A stretch of 64,000 nt of DNA from a virus. This document shows positions 20,567-29,618 of the stretch, one piece after another (position 1 is the stretch's first letter; each line of letters starts with the position of its first letter). The notes below the pieces were generated by a model. It made no database searches. It worked only from the letters and a program-made list of their open reading frames with translations, and was not told the origin of the DNA. The position numbers were made by a program, and so were the translations under genes. The stretch spans positions 67,609-131,608 of the IMG/VR virus record IMGVR_UViG_3300037461_000748; one strand, given 5' to 3'.

Positions 20567-21339
20567 GCATTCCGTTATTCTCAGGCATCGGCAATGTAAT
20601 ACAAAGTCTACCTTTTATTCATGAAATGAAAAAGAGATACAAAAGTGTAACTGCCTTTAATAACGGTCTAGATTTTCCTCAGGCAGCAGAACTAGTAAGA
20701 ATGATTATTACAATTATTTATAAAAATTCTAAATCTGTTCCAAGCGATACTAGAAAGTTCGTAGTACCTAAGAGAAGATCTTTCCCTGAGAGCAAATCCT
20801 GGTTCATCGATAATAATGAGCCACTGCCTGAAAAACTAGAGATTCCTTTTATTCCCTATGATGAGTGTAATTACAGTTTTGACGTAGTATTATGGCCAGA
20901 GTGTAAACCAAACTGGATATGCAAAAAATGGCCATACTGGAAAGAATTAGCAGACCTTTTATCAAAAGATAAAAGTGTCGCGATAGTTGGCACTACAAAG
21001 GAATATAGTTTTAATAATAACGTCATTGACCTTAGAGGCCAATTATCATTGAAAGAAACCGGAGGAGTCCTTAAAAACGCCAATTTATTCATTGGTAATG
21101 AGGGTGGAATATCCCATTACTCGGCTGCGCTGGGAACTAAAACATTTGTAATATTAGGTTGCACCGATCCTATAAAAAACTTACCTCCTAATAACGCTAT
21201 CGGAATTAGTAAGGAACTGCCGTGTCAGCCTTGTCAATTTAGAAATTTAAAACAACAGGGGATAATTATGCATGGATGTGACCATGTAGATTGTTTAAAC
21301 AAATTAACCCCGATAGAAGTAATGGAGAAGATCTCATGA
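20542..21339 (+). CDS. Glycosyltransferase family 9 (heptosyltransferase-like)
   Basis: GIGNVI, KKWP, DLRGQLSL, FIGNEGGISHYSAALG, CQPC..C. Confidence 0.85.
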   Translation: MHNDITKVSIPLFSGIGNVIQSLPFIHEMKKRYKSVTAFNNGLDFPQAAELVRMIITIIYKNSKSVPSDTRKFVVPKRRSFPESKSWFIDNNEPLPEKLEIPFIPYDECNYSFDVVLWPECKPNWICKKWPYWKELADLLSKDKSVAIVGTTKEYSFNNNVIDLRGQLSLKETGGVLKNANLFIGNEGGISHYSAALGTKTFVILGCTDPIKNLPPNNAIGISKELPCQPCQFRNLKQQGIIMHGCDHVDCLNKLTPIEVMEKIS

Positions 21340-22778
21340 TTGCCCCAATAATGATAGCTTGTAAAGAGCGGTACGCTGAACTAGCCGCTATATCAATTCC
21401 ATCTTTTTTTAGACATCATGATTATGACCTGTTTGTTCTAGCAGATGCTTCGGGCTTAAGGGTCTTATCTAATATATCACATAAAAAATTACACTTGATT
21501 CCGCTACAAAATTATAGAAACTACGCCATTAAGGCATCCGGAGTTAAGAATTTTGCTGTAATTAAGTATGACGGTTATGAACACGACAAAGCTTATCAAT
21601 CTCTAAAACCGCTATTAATGGACGCAGTAATTGCAAACGAGAGGCCAGAGGCCACTCATGTGCTAAGTCTTGACGTTGATACATATTTCTCAGGAGATAT
21701 ATTATCAATAGTCGAACGAGAGGCAGACTCAGGACATGAAATGTACATGGTTGAACGAAAAGATAAGAGAATGCTGTTACAAAGAGACGAGTCTCCAGGA
21801 AGCGGATTCACGATGTGGAGACGCGATGGCAAATTTATTAAATTATTCAAAAAAGGATTCAAAGCAAGTTATGCAGGAAAGACTGGCGGATGCCAAATAT
21901 TAATTAACAGCATCATGAGAGGAAACGAAATACGAAGTAAGTTTCTAACAAATCCCCACTTACACTTTGTTTCTCCTGATCTTAAAAATCCCAACATTAC
22001 AGACGAAGAACTGGCCAAAATTAGGCCGGCTTACATTCACTTACACGGAGCAAAGTCAAGAGAAAGATTATTAAGATTAAAACGAATTTTTGAAGAGTCC
22101 AACGTAGCCTGGAAAATGCAGTGGGATACTACTCTTAATAGCGCAGTACCTCAGGAACAAACCTGGAAAAAAATATTAGAAGCCATAGGCAATTTAGAAA
22201 TTAAAACCTTATATGACGTAGGCGTTGGAAACTATGGATCAGAGGCATGGGAGGTTATTAATACTTTTCCTAATTGCATGATCATTGGTTTCGAACCAAT
22301 GCCTCAACGCTATAATAAAATCATTGAAAAGGGTTATCCTGGTAAATTATTATCAAGTGCGATTTCTAACGAAGAAGGTGTCGTGAAAGGATACATGGGA
22401 TTCGAGAGTGGAGGAAAATCAGATTTTCAATTACATAAAAGTCGAGATTACTTATTAGGCGGCTACAAAGAAGTAGGAATTAATTGTACAACTCTGGATA
22501 AGATCGAAGCTGACATGGGGCCACACAGTGGTATTTTTATATGGGCGGATGTGGAGGGCTCAGAACTAAAAGTATTACAGGGCGCTAGTAGATTATTTAA
22601 AGAAAAGAAAGTCATTGGCGCATTGGTGGAGCTAAGAGCTAATCCGATGGGAGAAGGAGCGTGTACTGCAAAGGAAGTTGATGGGTTTATGACCAGTAAA
22701 GGGTTTAAAGCCACTACTAGCATTGAAGGTTTAAAAGGACATAAAGACTTTATTTATATTAACCAGAGTATTACATGA
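21336..22778 (+). CDS. GT-A-like domain fused to FkbM-family methyltransferase
   Basis: N-terminal LDVD (DxD); C-terminal YDVGVG, GFEP, TTLD, DVEGSELKVLQGA. Start moved to ATG 21336 (ATGA overlap). Confidence 0.75.
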   Translation: MIAPIMIACKERYAELAAISIPSFFRHHDYDLFVLADASGLRVLSNISHKKLHLIPLQNYRNYAIKASGVKNFAVIKYDGYEHDKAYQSLKPLLMDAVIANERPEATHVLSLDVDTYFSGDILSIVEREADSGHEMYMVERKDKRMLLQRDESPGSGFTMWRRDGKFIKLFKKGFKASYAGKTGGCQILINSIMRGNEIRSKFLTNPHLHFVSPDLKNPNITDEELAKIRPAYIHLHGAKSRERLLRLKRIFEESNVAWKMQWDTTLNSAVPQEQTWKKILEAIGNLEIKTLYDVGVGNYGSEAWEVINTFPNCMIIGFEPMPQRYNKIIEKGYPGKLLSSAISNEEGVVKGYMGFESGGKSDFQLHKSRDYLLGGYKEVGINCTTLDKIEADMGPHSGIFIWADVEGSELKVLQGASRLFKEKKVIGALVELRANPMGEGACTAKEVDGFMTSKGFKATTSIEGLKGHKDFIYINQSIT

Positions 22779-23773
22779 GAATTTTAATTACCGGAGGCAT
22801 GGGTTTCATAGGAATAAATGCCTCATTATATTTTGCAAATGCTGGCCACACTGTAACATCGTTGGATAACTTTAATAAGATAGGTTTGTTAAAGCACATC
22901 GATTTAGTAAAGAGCAAGGGCATCGAAATAGTAAAAGGAGATATCAGGGACTGGAACACGGTTGAACAGGTCTTTTCATTAAAAAGATTTGATGTAATTA
23001 TACACTTAGCTGGCCAAACCGCTGTAACAAAGTCCATAGAAGACCCTTTAAACGACTTTCAAAATAATGCCGTAGGGACCTTTAATATGTTGGAGGCTTA
23101 TAATAGAAGCAGTTCTAGATATGGGAAATTTATATATGCTTCAACTAATAAAGTTTACGGAAGCCTGCCCGGACACAAAATTATTGAGAAAGATACCAGG
23201 TATGAATTAAAAGATACATTATGCATAGAAGAGTCAGAGCCACTGGATTTTCATTCACCCTATGGGTGTTCTAAAGGATGCGCAGATCAATATGTAAGGG
23301 ACTATCATAGAATTTATGAGCTAAACACCAATGTTGTAAGACAAAGTTGCATTTATGGACCATATCAGGATGGTACAGAAGATCAAGGATGGATAGCCTG
23401 GTTTATTAAAGCTTTTCTTGAAAAAAGTCAGATTAACGTTTACGGGACGGGAAAGCAAGTAAGGGACGTATTACATGTATCAGACTTAATAAAATTCTAT
23501 GAGCTTTTAATAAAAAAGGGAGCTCCTGGGGAAGTGTATAATATTGGCGGTGGACCAACTAATGCGCTGTCTATAAATGAGTTAATAGCGCTGCTTATTA
23601 ATAAGATCGAAGAGCCTGCCAGATTATTCTACTCTACGGAAAGACCTGGGGATCAAAAAGTATTTATAAGTAATAATTCGAAAGCATACTCACTTGGTTG
23701 GAAAGTCTCCATCCCCGCTGATTATGGAATAGAGATGTTAATCGCACATTTTAAAAACAATGGACAAATTTAG
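22775..23773 (+). CDS. rfbE: NAD-dependent epimerase, CDP-paratose 2-epimerase (tyvelose) type
   Basis: TGGMGFIG, HLAGQTAV, STNKVYG, LDFHSPYGCSKG, DQGWIAWF, GKQVRDVLH are characteristic of the RfbE/Tyv subfamily. Confidence 0.75.
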   Translation: MRILITGGMGFIGINASLYFANAGHTVTSLDNFNKIGLLKHIDLVKSKGIEIVKGDIRDWNTVEQVFSLKRFDVIIHLAGQTAVTKSIEDPLNDFQNNAVGTFNMLEAYNRSSSRYGKFIYASTNKVYGSLPGHKIIEKDTRYELKDTLCIEESEPLDFHSPYGCSKGCADQYVRDYHRIYELNTNVVRQSCIYGPYQDGTEDQGWIAWFIKAFLEKSQINVYGTGKQVRDVLHVSDLIKFYELLIKKGAPGEVYNIGGGPTNALSINELIALLINKIEEPARLFYSTERPGDQKVFISNNSKAYSLGWKVSIPADYGIEMLIAHFKNNGQI

Positions 23774-23957
23774 CGTACAAAGGCACTCCACAATTGATAA
23801 ATCATTTGAGCTTAATTTACCCCGTCACTTAGAATCATGGGGATTAAATATTAAGATCGACTTTGATGATGTAAATCATAAAAAGGTTAATAAGATTACT
23901 AAGAAAATTGTGCAGATCTTGAATAATAACCTTGGGGAGTTTGAAGGATTTAAATGA
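23760..23957 (+). CDS. Hypothetical protein
   Basis: 65 aa coupled ORF; DFDDVNH. Confidence 0.5.
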   Translation: MDKFSVQRHSTIDKSFELNLPRHLESWGLNIKIDFDDVNHKKVNKITKKIVQILNNNLGEFEGFK

Positions 23958-24895
23958 AAATAGCACACATTATTCCACCTCAAGATGAACGAAAATTTGA
24001 TACAAGATTTTGCAAATTCATGGAACATGCATTTGTAAGAGATAACTTTGATAATAACATTGACTTAATCTATGCTGGCAGCGTGTCAGTATTAGACAGG
24101 GCGTTAGATCTAAAAAGACGTATTTCTCGACCAGTAGTTTGTTGGGTATGGGATCTTCCCTACAATTGGCGTAAATGGGGCATGGATGAAGAGGGTATAA
24201 GACAAAATCATGCAAGAACTAAGCAGTGTAGTGATAGAGCAACGATGTTAAGACAGTGTGACCTTGTAATATCTGCTAGTAAATGGACACAATCTGTTTT
24301 AAAAGAACAGTATAATATCGATTCTACGCAAATCTATTATTACATCGATACCACTGCATTAGATAATGTACCTGACCAAGAAAGAAAAAAGCAAGTCATT
24401 CAGATTAGCCGATATTATTACAATAAACGATTTGAAGACTCCATCGAAGCTATGAAGGATATTCCAGACTACAAATTAATATTAATAGGTACTGGCTTAA
24501 AATCGGTTTACGGAAATAAATTGCAGGAAATGGCCGGGCCAAATGTTGTCTTTCATAATAATGTTTCAAGAAGATTCACCATCGAGCAAATTAAACAAAG
24601 TACGATATTAGTGTCGCCATCAGTATTTGAGGGATGGGGAATTACTCCAATTGAAGCAGTTCATTGTGGAACTCCCATTATATTAAGTGACCTGCCAGTG
24701 TTTGACGAGGTCTGGGGAGGAAGTCTCTATTACCATGAACAAAAAAATCCAAGAGCCTTGTCCACCCTGTTAAAAGGTCTATTAAAGAACGAGACAGAAC
24801 GAAATAGAATATTAAAGATGTGTAAAGAACGAATTACAGAATTCACCCCAGAAAAGTTTGCAAAGAGACTGCAAAATTTATTAGTCAAATTATGA
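23954..24895 (+). CDS. Glycosyltransferase family 4
   Basis: PSVFEGWGITPIEAVHCGTPIILSDLPVF. Confidence 0.85.
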   Translation: MKIAHIIPPQDERKFDTRFCKFMEHAFVRDNFDNNIDLIYAGSVSVLDRALDLKRRISRPVVCWVWDLPYNWRKWGMDEEGIRQNHARTKQCSDRATMLRQCDLVISASKWTQSVLKEQYNIDSTQIYYYIDTTALDNVPDQERKKQVIQISRYYYNKRFEDSIEAMKDIPDYKLILIGTGLKSVYGNKLQEMAGPNVVFHNNVSRRFTIEQIKQSTILVSPSVFEGWGITPIEAVHCGTPIILSDLPVFDEVWGGSLYYHEQKNPRALSTLLKGLLKNETERNRILKMCKERITEFTPEKFAKRLQNLLVKL

Positions 24896-25689
24896 AAACG
24901 AACTACGTATTATTATGTGATGGAATAGGAAACATTATTCAATCTATTCCATTTATCAAAGTATTGCGTACGATGAGCAATAAACTCATTGGTATTAATA
25001 GAGCAGATTATAAGGATAGCTGGAAAATTGTTCAAAAACTATTTGATGATATTATACCACATGGACTACACTCAGGAACTGAGTACGCAATACCACCACT
25101 AGAAAAATTTAAACACAATCCCGAATATAAGTCTTGGTTCCAATTTCACAATGTTCCAGAACCAAAAGAATATAAGATTGAACGAGACGATGTCTATTTC
25201 GATGAGATCGAGGACCGGGTCGACTTTGTAATATGGGGAGGCTGTAAACCTAATTGGAAATCTAAAATGTGGCCATACTGGGGAAATCTGGCTGAGATAT
25301 TATTATCAGGATTTACAGTCGGAGTCATCGGTCTTCCAGGGGAGGGTGGAGACTTTCCAAAAAAAGTAGAAGACTTCAGAGGAAAGCTTACATTAACAGA
25401 AACAGGGGGTCTTCTCGACAGATCGCTATATTACATTGGTAATGAAGGTGGACTAACACACTATGCAAATGCCCTACAGAAAACAATGTGGGTGATATTT
25501 GGAGGAAGTAGTCCTACTAAGAATATGCCACCTCCGAGAGAAGGCTATTATGATATATCATTGCATCTTGAATGTCAGCCATGCCAATGGAGATTACCAG
25601 GACCGAAAGGTTGTGGAGACTATAAGTGTCTTTACAAGCTTACCCCTGAAATGGTGTTAAATAAAATTAACGGAGTATTATATGAGTAG
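24892..25689 (+). CDS. Glycosyltransferase family 9 (paralog of 20542)
   Basis: GIGNII, CKPNW..KMWPYW, YIGNEGGLTH, CQPCQ. Confidence 0.85.
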   Translation: MKTNYVLLCDGIGNIIQSIPFIKVLRTMSNKLIGINRADYKDSWKIVQKLFDDIIPHGLHSGTEYAIPPLEKFKHNPEYKSWFQFHNVPEPKEYKIERDDVYFDEIEDRVDFVIWGGCKPNWKSKMWPYWGNLAEILLSGFTVGVIGLPGEGGDFPKKVEDFRGKLTLTETGGLLDRSLYYIGNEGGLTHYANALQKTMWVIFGGSSPTKNMPPPREGYYDISLHLECQPCQWRLPGPKGCGDYKCLYKLTPEMVLNKINGVLYE

Positions 25690-25885
25690 GGTGTCAAAAA
25701 CACTATTATCAATATTATTACCACTTGTTATATTTATGATAATGTGGTGGGCTTTTGTTTATGGGCCTATGCAGCCTGTGATAATAAAAAATGCCTATGA
25801 TAAAGGATATAGGGATGGACTATCAGAAGTACACAAAAAAGTGGTAATTGATTCGGTATTGTTTCACTTTGAGGACATAAGGTAA
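25682..25885 (+). CDS. Small membrane protein
   Basis: N-terminal hydrophobic helix; AYDKGYRDG. Confidence 0.55.
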   Translation: MSRVSKTLLSILLPLVIFMIMWWAFVYGPMQPVIIKNAYDKGYRDGLSEVHKKVVIDSVLFHFEDIR

Positions 25886-25887
25886 AT

Positions 25888-26283
25888 ATGAGTACATTTG
25901 TGAGATGTCCAGTTCAAGAACTGGAATTGAAAGTAATTGGAAAGGAAAAGGAGTATGTAATAGATACCATTTATAATAATGGTGCTATTAATCTTGAACA
26001 TATTTTTGGAGTTGGCGTTGAAGAAATTAAATTTGAAAAAGAGTTGCAGAAGAATGTTATTGTAATATTTACATTGTTCAGACTCTTATTACAACCAACT
26101 AAGGAAGGCGCTGACGAAATAATTGAATGGATATTACCCGATAAAAGTGCAGCTATTAAGGTAAGAGACGCTTTCTTGAAAGGGCCCAGAGCAATTAATA
26201 AAATTAAAATTAAGAGAACAGCTGCGTATGGAATGGTTGAAGGTTCTGACGAAGGAACAAGCGGAGCTGATAAAAAAGCTTAG
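25888..26283 (+). CDS. Hypothetical protein
   Basis: ORF track. Confidence 0.5.
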   Translation: MSTFVRCPVQELELKVIGKEKEYVIDTIYNNGAINLEHIFGVGVEEIKFEKELQKNVIVIFTLFRLLLQPTKEGADEIIEWILPDKSAAIKVRDAFLKGPRAINKIKIKRTAAYGMVEGSDEGTSGADKKA

Positions 26284-26470
26284 AGTTACAGGATACGATT
26301 TTGGAGATGGCAAATTGTGCACAGGAACCTGGAGATGGGTTGCGGCCAGATTTGCTGAATTTTATCCAGATCTGAGGGTTTGTCCTGGAAATCAAATTGA
26401 AGGCATAGACCTGTGTAACGCAGCTATGCAAATATTAGGAGAAGAACTGTATGGAAACGGGTGGAACTAA
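26228..26470 (+). CDS. Hypothetical protein
   Basis: ORF track; TWRWVA..GNQIEG. Confidence 0.5.
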   Translation: MEWLKVLTKEQAELIKKLRVTGYDFGDGKLCTGTWRWVAARFAEFYPDLRVCPGNQIEGIDLCNAAMQILGEELYGNGWN

Positions 26471-26666
26471 ATTTCTCACTTACGGAAAACACGGTCCTAT
26501 AAACTTAGTGTTTGTAAGACACATAGAATTCAGAGAAAAAAGCATAATCTTTTATTTCATTAATAAAGATGAAGTATACTGGGAATTCAGAGATGCAAGA
26601 AGTGCTGAGAAAGCCCAGGAGCTATTAGTTAATGAAATATCTGAGGTTAAACTAGAAGATTTCTAA
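26451..26666 (+). CDS. Hypothetical protein
   Basis: ORF track. Confidence 0.5.
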   Translation: METGGTKFLTYGKHGPINLVFVRHIEFREKSIIFYFINKDEVYWEFRDARSAEKAQELLVNEISEVKLEDF

Positions 26667-27154
26667 TGTTTTACAAATGCAAAAATCAGAACTGCGATTG
26701 GGATGGATTATATCACGAGGCTTTATTTGATGGCATGGTTCTAAACTGTCCGATGTGCTATTCAATGGTATTTAATTACGATGAATTTTGCACAGCATGG
26801 TACTTAAGACGTCATCCCAATGATATATTCGTGTTTGGAGATAACACTGTCCGCCGGGGAAAAGGTGGGGCAGCAAAGTTACGATACGAGCCAAACACTT
26901 ATGGATTTATTACTAAGAAAAGGCCTGATCACAGGCCTTCTTCTTATTACAATCCAGCAGAGTATCGTTCAGTATTCAACTCTGAACTAGAAAAATTAGA
27001 AAATTTTGTGATAAGAAATATAGACAAAAGATTCCTGGTCTCAAAAATTGGAGCAGGAATTGCTAATAAACATAATATATGGGAAGTTGTTAAGATTCCA
27101 TTAGAATCTTTTATAAGAACCCATGAAAACGTAATTCAACTATGGCAGGATTAA
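26666..27154 (+). CDS. Zn-ribbon plus FVFGDN-motif phage protein
   Basis: N-terminal Cys pairs; DIFVFGDN..RGKGGAA..EPN..G..TK; KIGAGIA. Confidence 0.6.
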   Translation: MFYKCKNQNCDWDGLYHEALFDGMVLNCPMCYSMVFNYDEFCTAWYLRRHPNDIFVFGDNTVRRGKGGAAKLRYEPNTYGFITKKRPDHRPSSYYNPAEYRSVFNSELEKLENFVIRNIDKRFLVSKIGAGIANKHNIWEVVKIPLESFIRTHENVIQLWQD

Positions 27155-27627
27155 AAGGTAAAGATCTCGAAAAGAGGGCTAATAAGGCCAATATCCAATA
27201 TCGAAAAAAGAAAGACGCTCTAATTCTTCAAATTCCTGTTCCGCTGATACTTACTAGTAAAGGTGTAATTCCAAAGGAATCCACTGTGGATTTCGCAGGA
27301 CTGATATCAGGCGGAAGATTTATTGCCTATGATACTAAGGAAACAATGAGTGAGACTTCTTTTCCATTAAGTAATATTAAACAACATCAATTTTTATATT
27401 TAGAATTGGTTAATGACTTAGGAGGTGTCGCATTCTTTCTTATTCACTTTAAATCCTTATATAAGGATCAAGCGTTCTATACGCCTATTTCTTTAGTTTC
27501 AAAATATTGGTATGAACATAATCGCAAATCTATTCCAATTACAGATTTTAAAAAGCTATGGCTTGTAGACATTGATGACTATCTTACCCAACTAATCAAA
27601 AAACAACTATGGATTACGAAGAATTAA
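27142..27627 (+). CDS. recU: Holliday junction resolvase RecU
   Basis: GKDLE, STVDFAG, AYDTKET, FPLSNIKQHQ, GGVAFFLI. Confidence 0.85.
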   Translation: MAGLKGKDLEKRANKANIQYRKKKDALILQIPVPLILTSKGVIPKESTVDFAGLISGGRFIAYDTKETMSETSFPLSNIKQHQFLYLELVNDLGGVAFFLIHFKSLYKDQAFYTPISLVSKYWYEHNRKSIPITDFKKLWLVDIDDYLTQLIKKQLWITKN

Positions 27628-27902
27628 AGGATATCGTGAACATTGGCGATATTATTCAAATTGCAGCACCTTATGTTGCAGGAGTAGGTCAACTTGTTAA
27701 ACTCATGCCGAAGACGATGGTCGTAGACCCTTATATCAAAGCTGGGTATGAAGAGGACTCCCTTCCTGCAACAACTATATTAGAATTATCCGATGTTCAC
27801 ATGATATTTATATTAAAACCAGACTTAAATGATGCCAAATCAAGCAAAAACAGTACAGCAAATACTGTCAGAAACACTAAAGGTAAAGTTTCAAAAGACT
27901 AG
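27609..27902 (+). CDS. Hypothetical protein
   Basis: ORF track. Confidence 0.5.
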   Translation: MDYEELKDIVNIGDIIQIAAPYVAGVGQLVKLMPKTMVVDPYIKAGYEEDSLPATTILELSDVHMIFILKPDLNDAKSSKNSTANTVRNTKGKVSKD

Positions 27903-28308
27903 CCCAAGGGCAAAGCTTCCTGAAAAAGCCTATGCGGGTGACGCCGGGTGGGATGTATACTCTGCGAAGAGAGTTAACATTCCTGGAAACGGAGCTACAC
28001 GAACTATTCCGGTTGGATTTAAGATGGCTATTCCAGACGGATATTTTGCAAAAATCGAGGGAAGAGGTGGCTTCCACGCTAACTCAACATTATTCCATAA
28101 AGGAACTCCCATCGATTCCGGATATCGTGGCGAAGTATTTGCCATCGTAAGTAATGCAGGACCTTATCCTGTCACTATCGAGGCCGGTCAAAAATTTGGG
28201 CAATTAGTGTATTACAAAGTATTACCGGTTGAAATAGAAGAGGTTGAAGAAATACCAGTCGATACTGAAAGGGGTACAAGTAAACTAGGTCAATCAGACA
28301 ATAAGTGA
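27829..28308 (+). CDS. dut: Trimeric dUTPase
   Basis: GDAGWDV, IDSGYRGE, GQKFGQLV, TERG..LG. Confidence 0.9.
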   Translation: MMPNQAKTVQQILSETLKVKFQKTSPRAKLPEKAYAGDAGWDVYSAKRVNIPGNGATRTIPVGFKMAIPDGYFAKIEGRGGFHANSTLFHKGTPIDSGYRGEVFAIVSNAGPYPVTIEAGQKFGQLVYYKVLPVEIEEVEEIPVDTERGTSKLGQSDNK

Positions 28309-28319
28309 GGTAGAAATTA

Positions 28320-28626
28320 ATGAGCAACAGACCATTTAAATTATCAGACTCCTTTCTAGAAAAATACAAAAGAAAGTCTTCACCGTTTGGTTTCAATGTT
28401 CTAGGTGAGTTAGTATATTTACGAACTTACTCAAGATTAAAGGATGATGGGACAAACGAAAAATGGTGGGAAACATGCAGAAGAGTCGTAGAAGGAACTT
28501 ATAATATGCAAAAACGACACATTGAGGGGTACTCCCTTGGATGGAATCCATGGAAGGCTCAGACTTCTGCACAAGAAATGTATGATAGGATATTTAATAT
28601 TAAATTTCTACCACCGGGTCGTGGCT
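28320..28626 (+). CDS. nrdJ: Class II (B12-dependent) ribonucleotide reductase, exon 1
   Basis: VYLRTYSR, EKWWETCRRVVEG, FLPPGRG; joins exon 2 to give PPGRGLWAMG (spliced product 664 aa). Confidence 0.9.
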
Positions 28627-29618
28627 TAACTATTTGCCTATAGGCCACGTTAAAGACATTAAATTGCTGGAAAATAGCTAAATTATTATACACCACACTA
28701 ATCAATAGAAAGGTTTGAAAAGAGATAATAATGCTGTAATCAGCAGCCAAATAAAGCAAGAATTAATTAAATTATCAAAAAACTTAAAACGATTACCTGT
28801 TAAGAGAGATTCAGATCAATTATATTATAAAGCTAAAAAAGCTTTTGGAACATGGAATAGGGCCTTATTAGAGACCTTTGGTAAGATAAATGTAATTTAT
28901 AAAACCGACAAACAAGAAGTCGTAAATGAGTTATTAAATTATTACATAAAATACAATGAATTGCCAAAAGCCTCTTATAAAGAGAGTTTAACTTGTAGAG
29001 CTAAAAAACATTTTGGCTCGTGGAACAAAGCTCTTAAAGATGTATTAGGGGAAGTTAATCAAAATAGATACGGACCAAACATTGGTAACAAAATTATTGA
29101 CTTCGTCAAAAAATACCAAAGATTGCCTCTAAGAAAAGAATTTGATGGAGATAAATGGCCATACTGGGAAGCTGTAACAGCATCATTAGGAGTAAAGAAA
29201 TGGTCAGAAGTTTTCTCAGTTATAGACTTAACTAAAATCAAATATTTCCACAATACAAAGCATGGATATGGCTCTATATTTTTATATGATAATAAAATTT
29301 ACTTATCTAGGGAAGAATTCCTGATAGGAAAATACTTGACAGAGCATAATATATTATTTGAAAAAGAAGTTCCCTATGGGAATTCTAATAATGTATTTGA
29401 TTTCTATCTTACAGATTTTGATGCTTACATTGAATACTTTGGTATTGCTACAAAGGATTACAAAAACAGAATCGAAGAGAAAAGAAAATTTTATAACGGT
29501 AGAATTGTTATAGAAATTTTCAAACACGATAATACTATTAAAAAACTTGCTCTAGAGGTTCAGAGACTATAATATGTCGCTACCAAAGTTATCTTGGTTG
29601 CATTGGATAGTCCAAACG
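28627..29618 (+). mobile_element. Group I self-splicing intron (992 nt) in nrdJ
   Basis: P1 CGUGGCU/GGCCACG with U.G at the splice site; P10 UUGCCUAUA/UAUGGGCAA; P AAUUGCUGGAAA 28662, Q AAUCAGCAGCC 28738, R GUUCAGAGACUA 29558, S GAUAGUCC 29606; terminal G 29618. Confidence 0.93.
28715..29572 (+). CDS. Intron-encoded homing endonuclease (helical repeats plus PD-(D/E)xK/Vsr-like domain)
   Basis: Repeats KKAFGTWNRAL / KKHFGSWNKAL; C-terminal SREE..EKEV..FDFYL..YIEYFG; start codon uncertain. Confidence 0.75.
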   Translation: MKRDNNAVISSQIKQELIKLSKNLKRLPVKRDSDQLYYKAKKAFGTWNRALLETFGKINVIYKTDKQEVVNELLNYYIKYNELPKASYKESLTCRAKKHFGSWNKALKDVLGEVNQNRYGPNIGNKIIDFVKKYQRLPLRKEFDGDKWPYWEAVTASLGVKKWSEVFSVIDLTKIKYFHNTKHGYGSIFLYDNKIYLSREEFLIGKYLTEHNILFEKEVPYGNSNNVFDFYLTDFDAYIEYFGIATKDYKNRIEEKRKFYNGRIVIEIFKHDNTIKKLALEVQRL

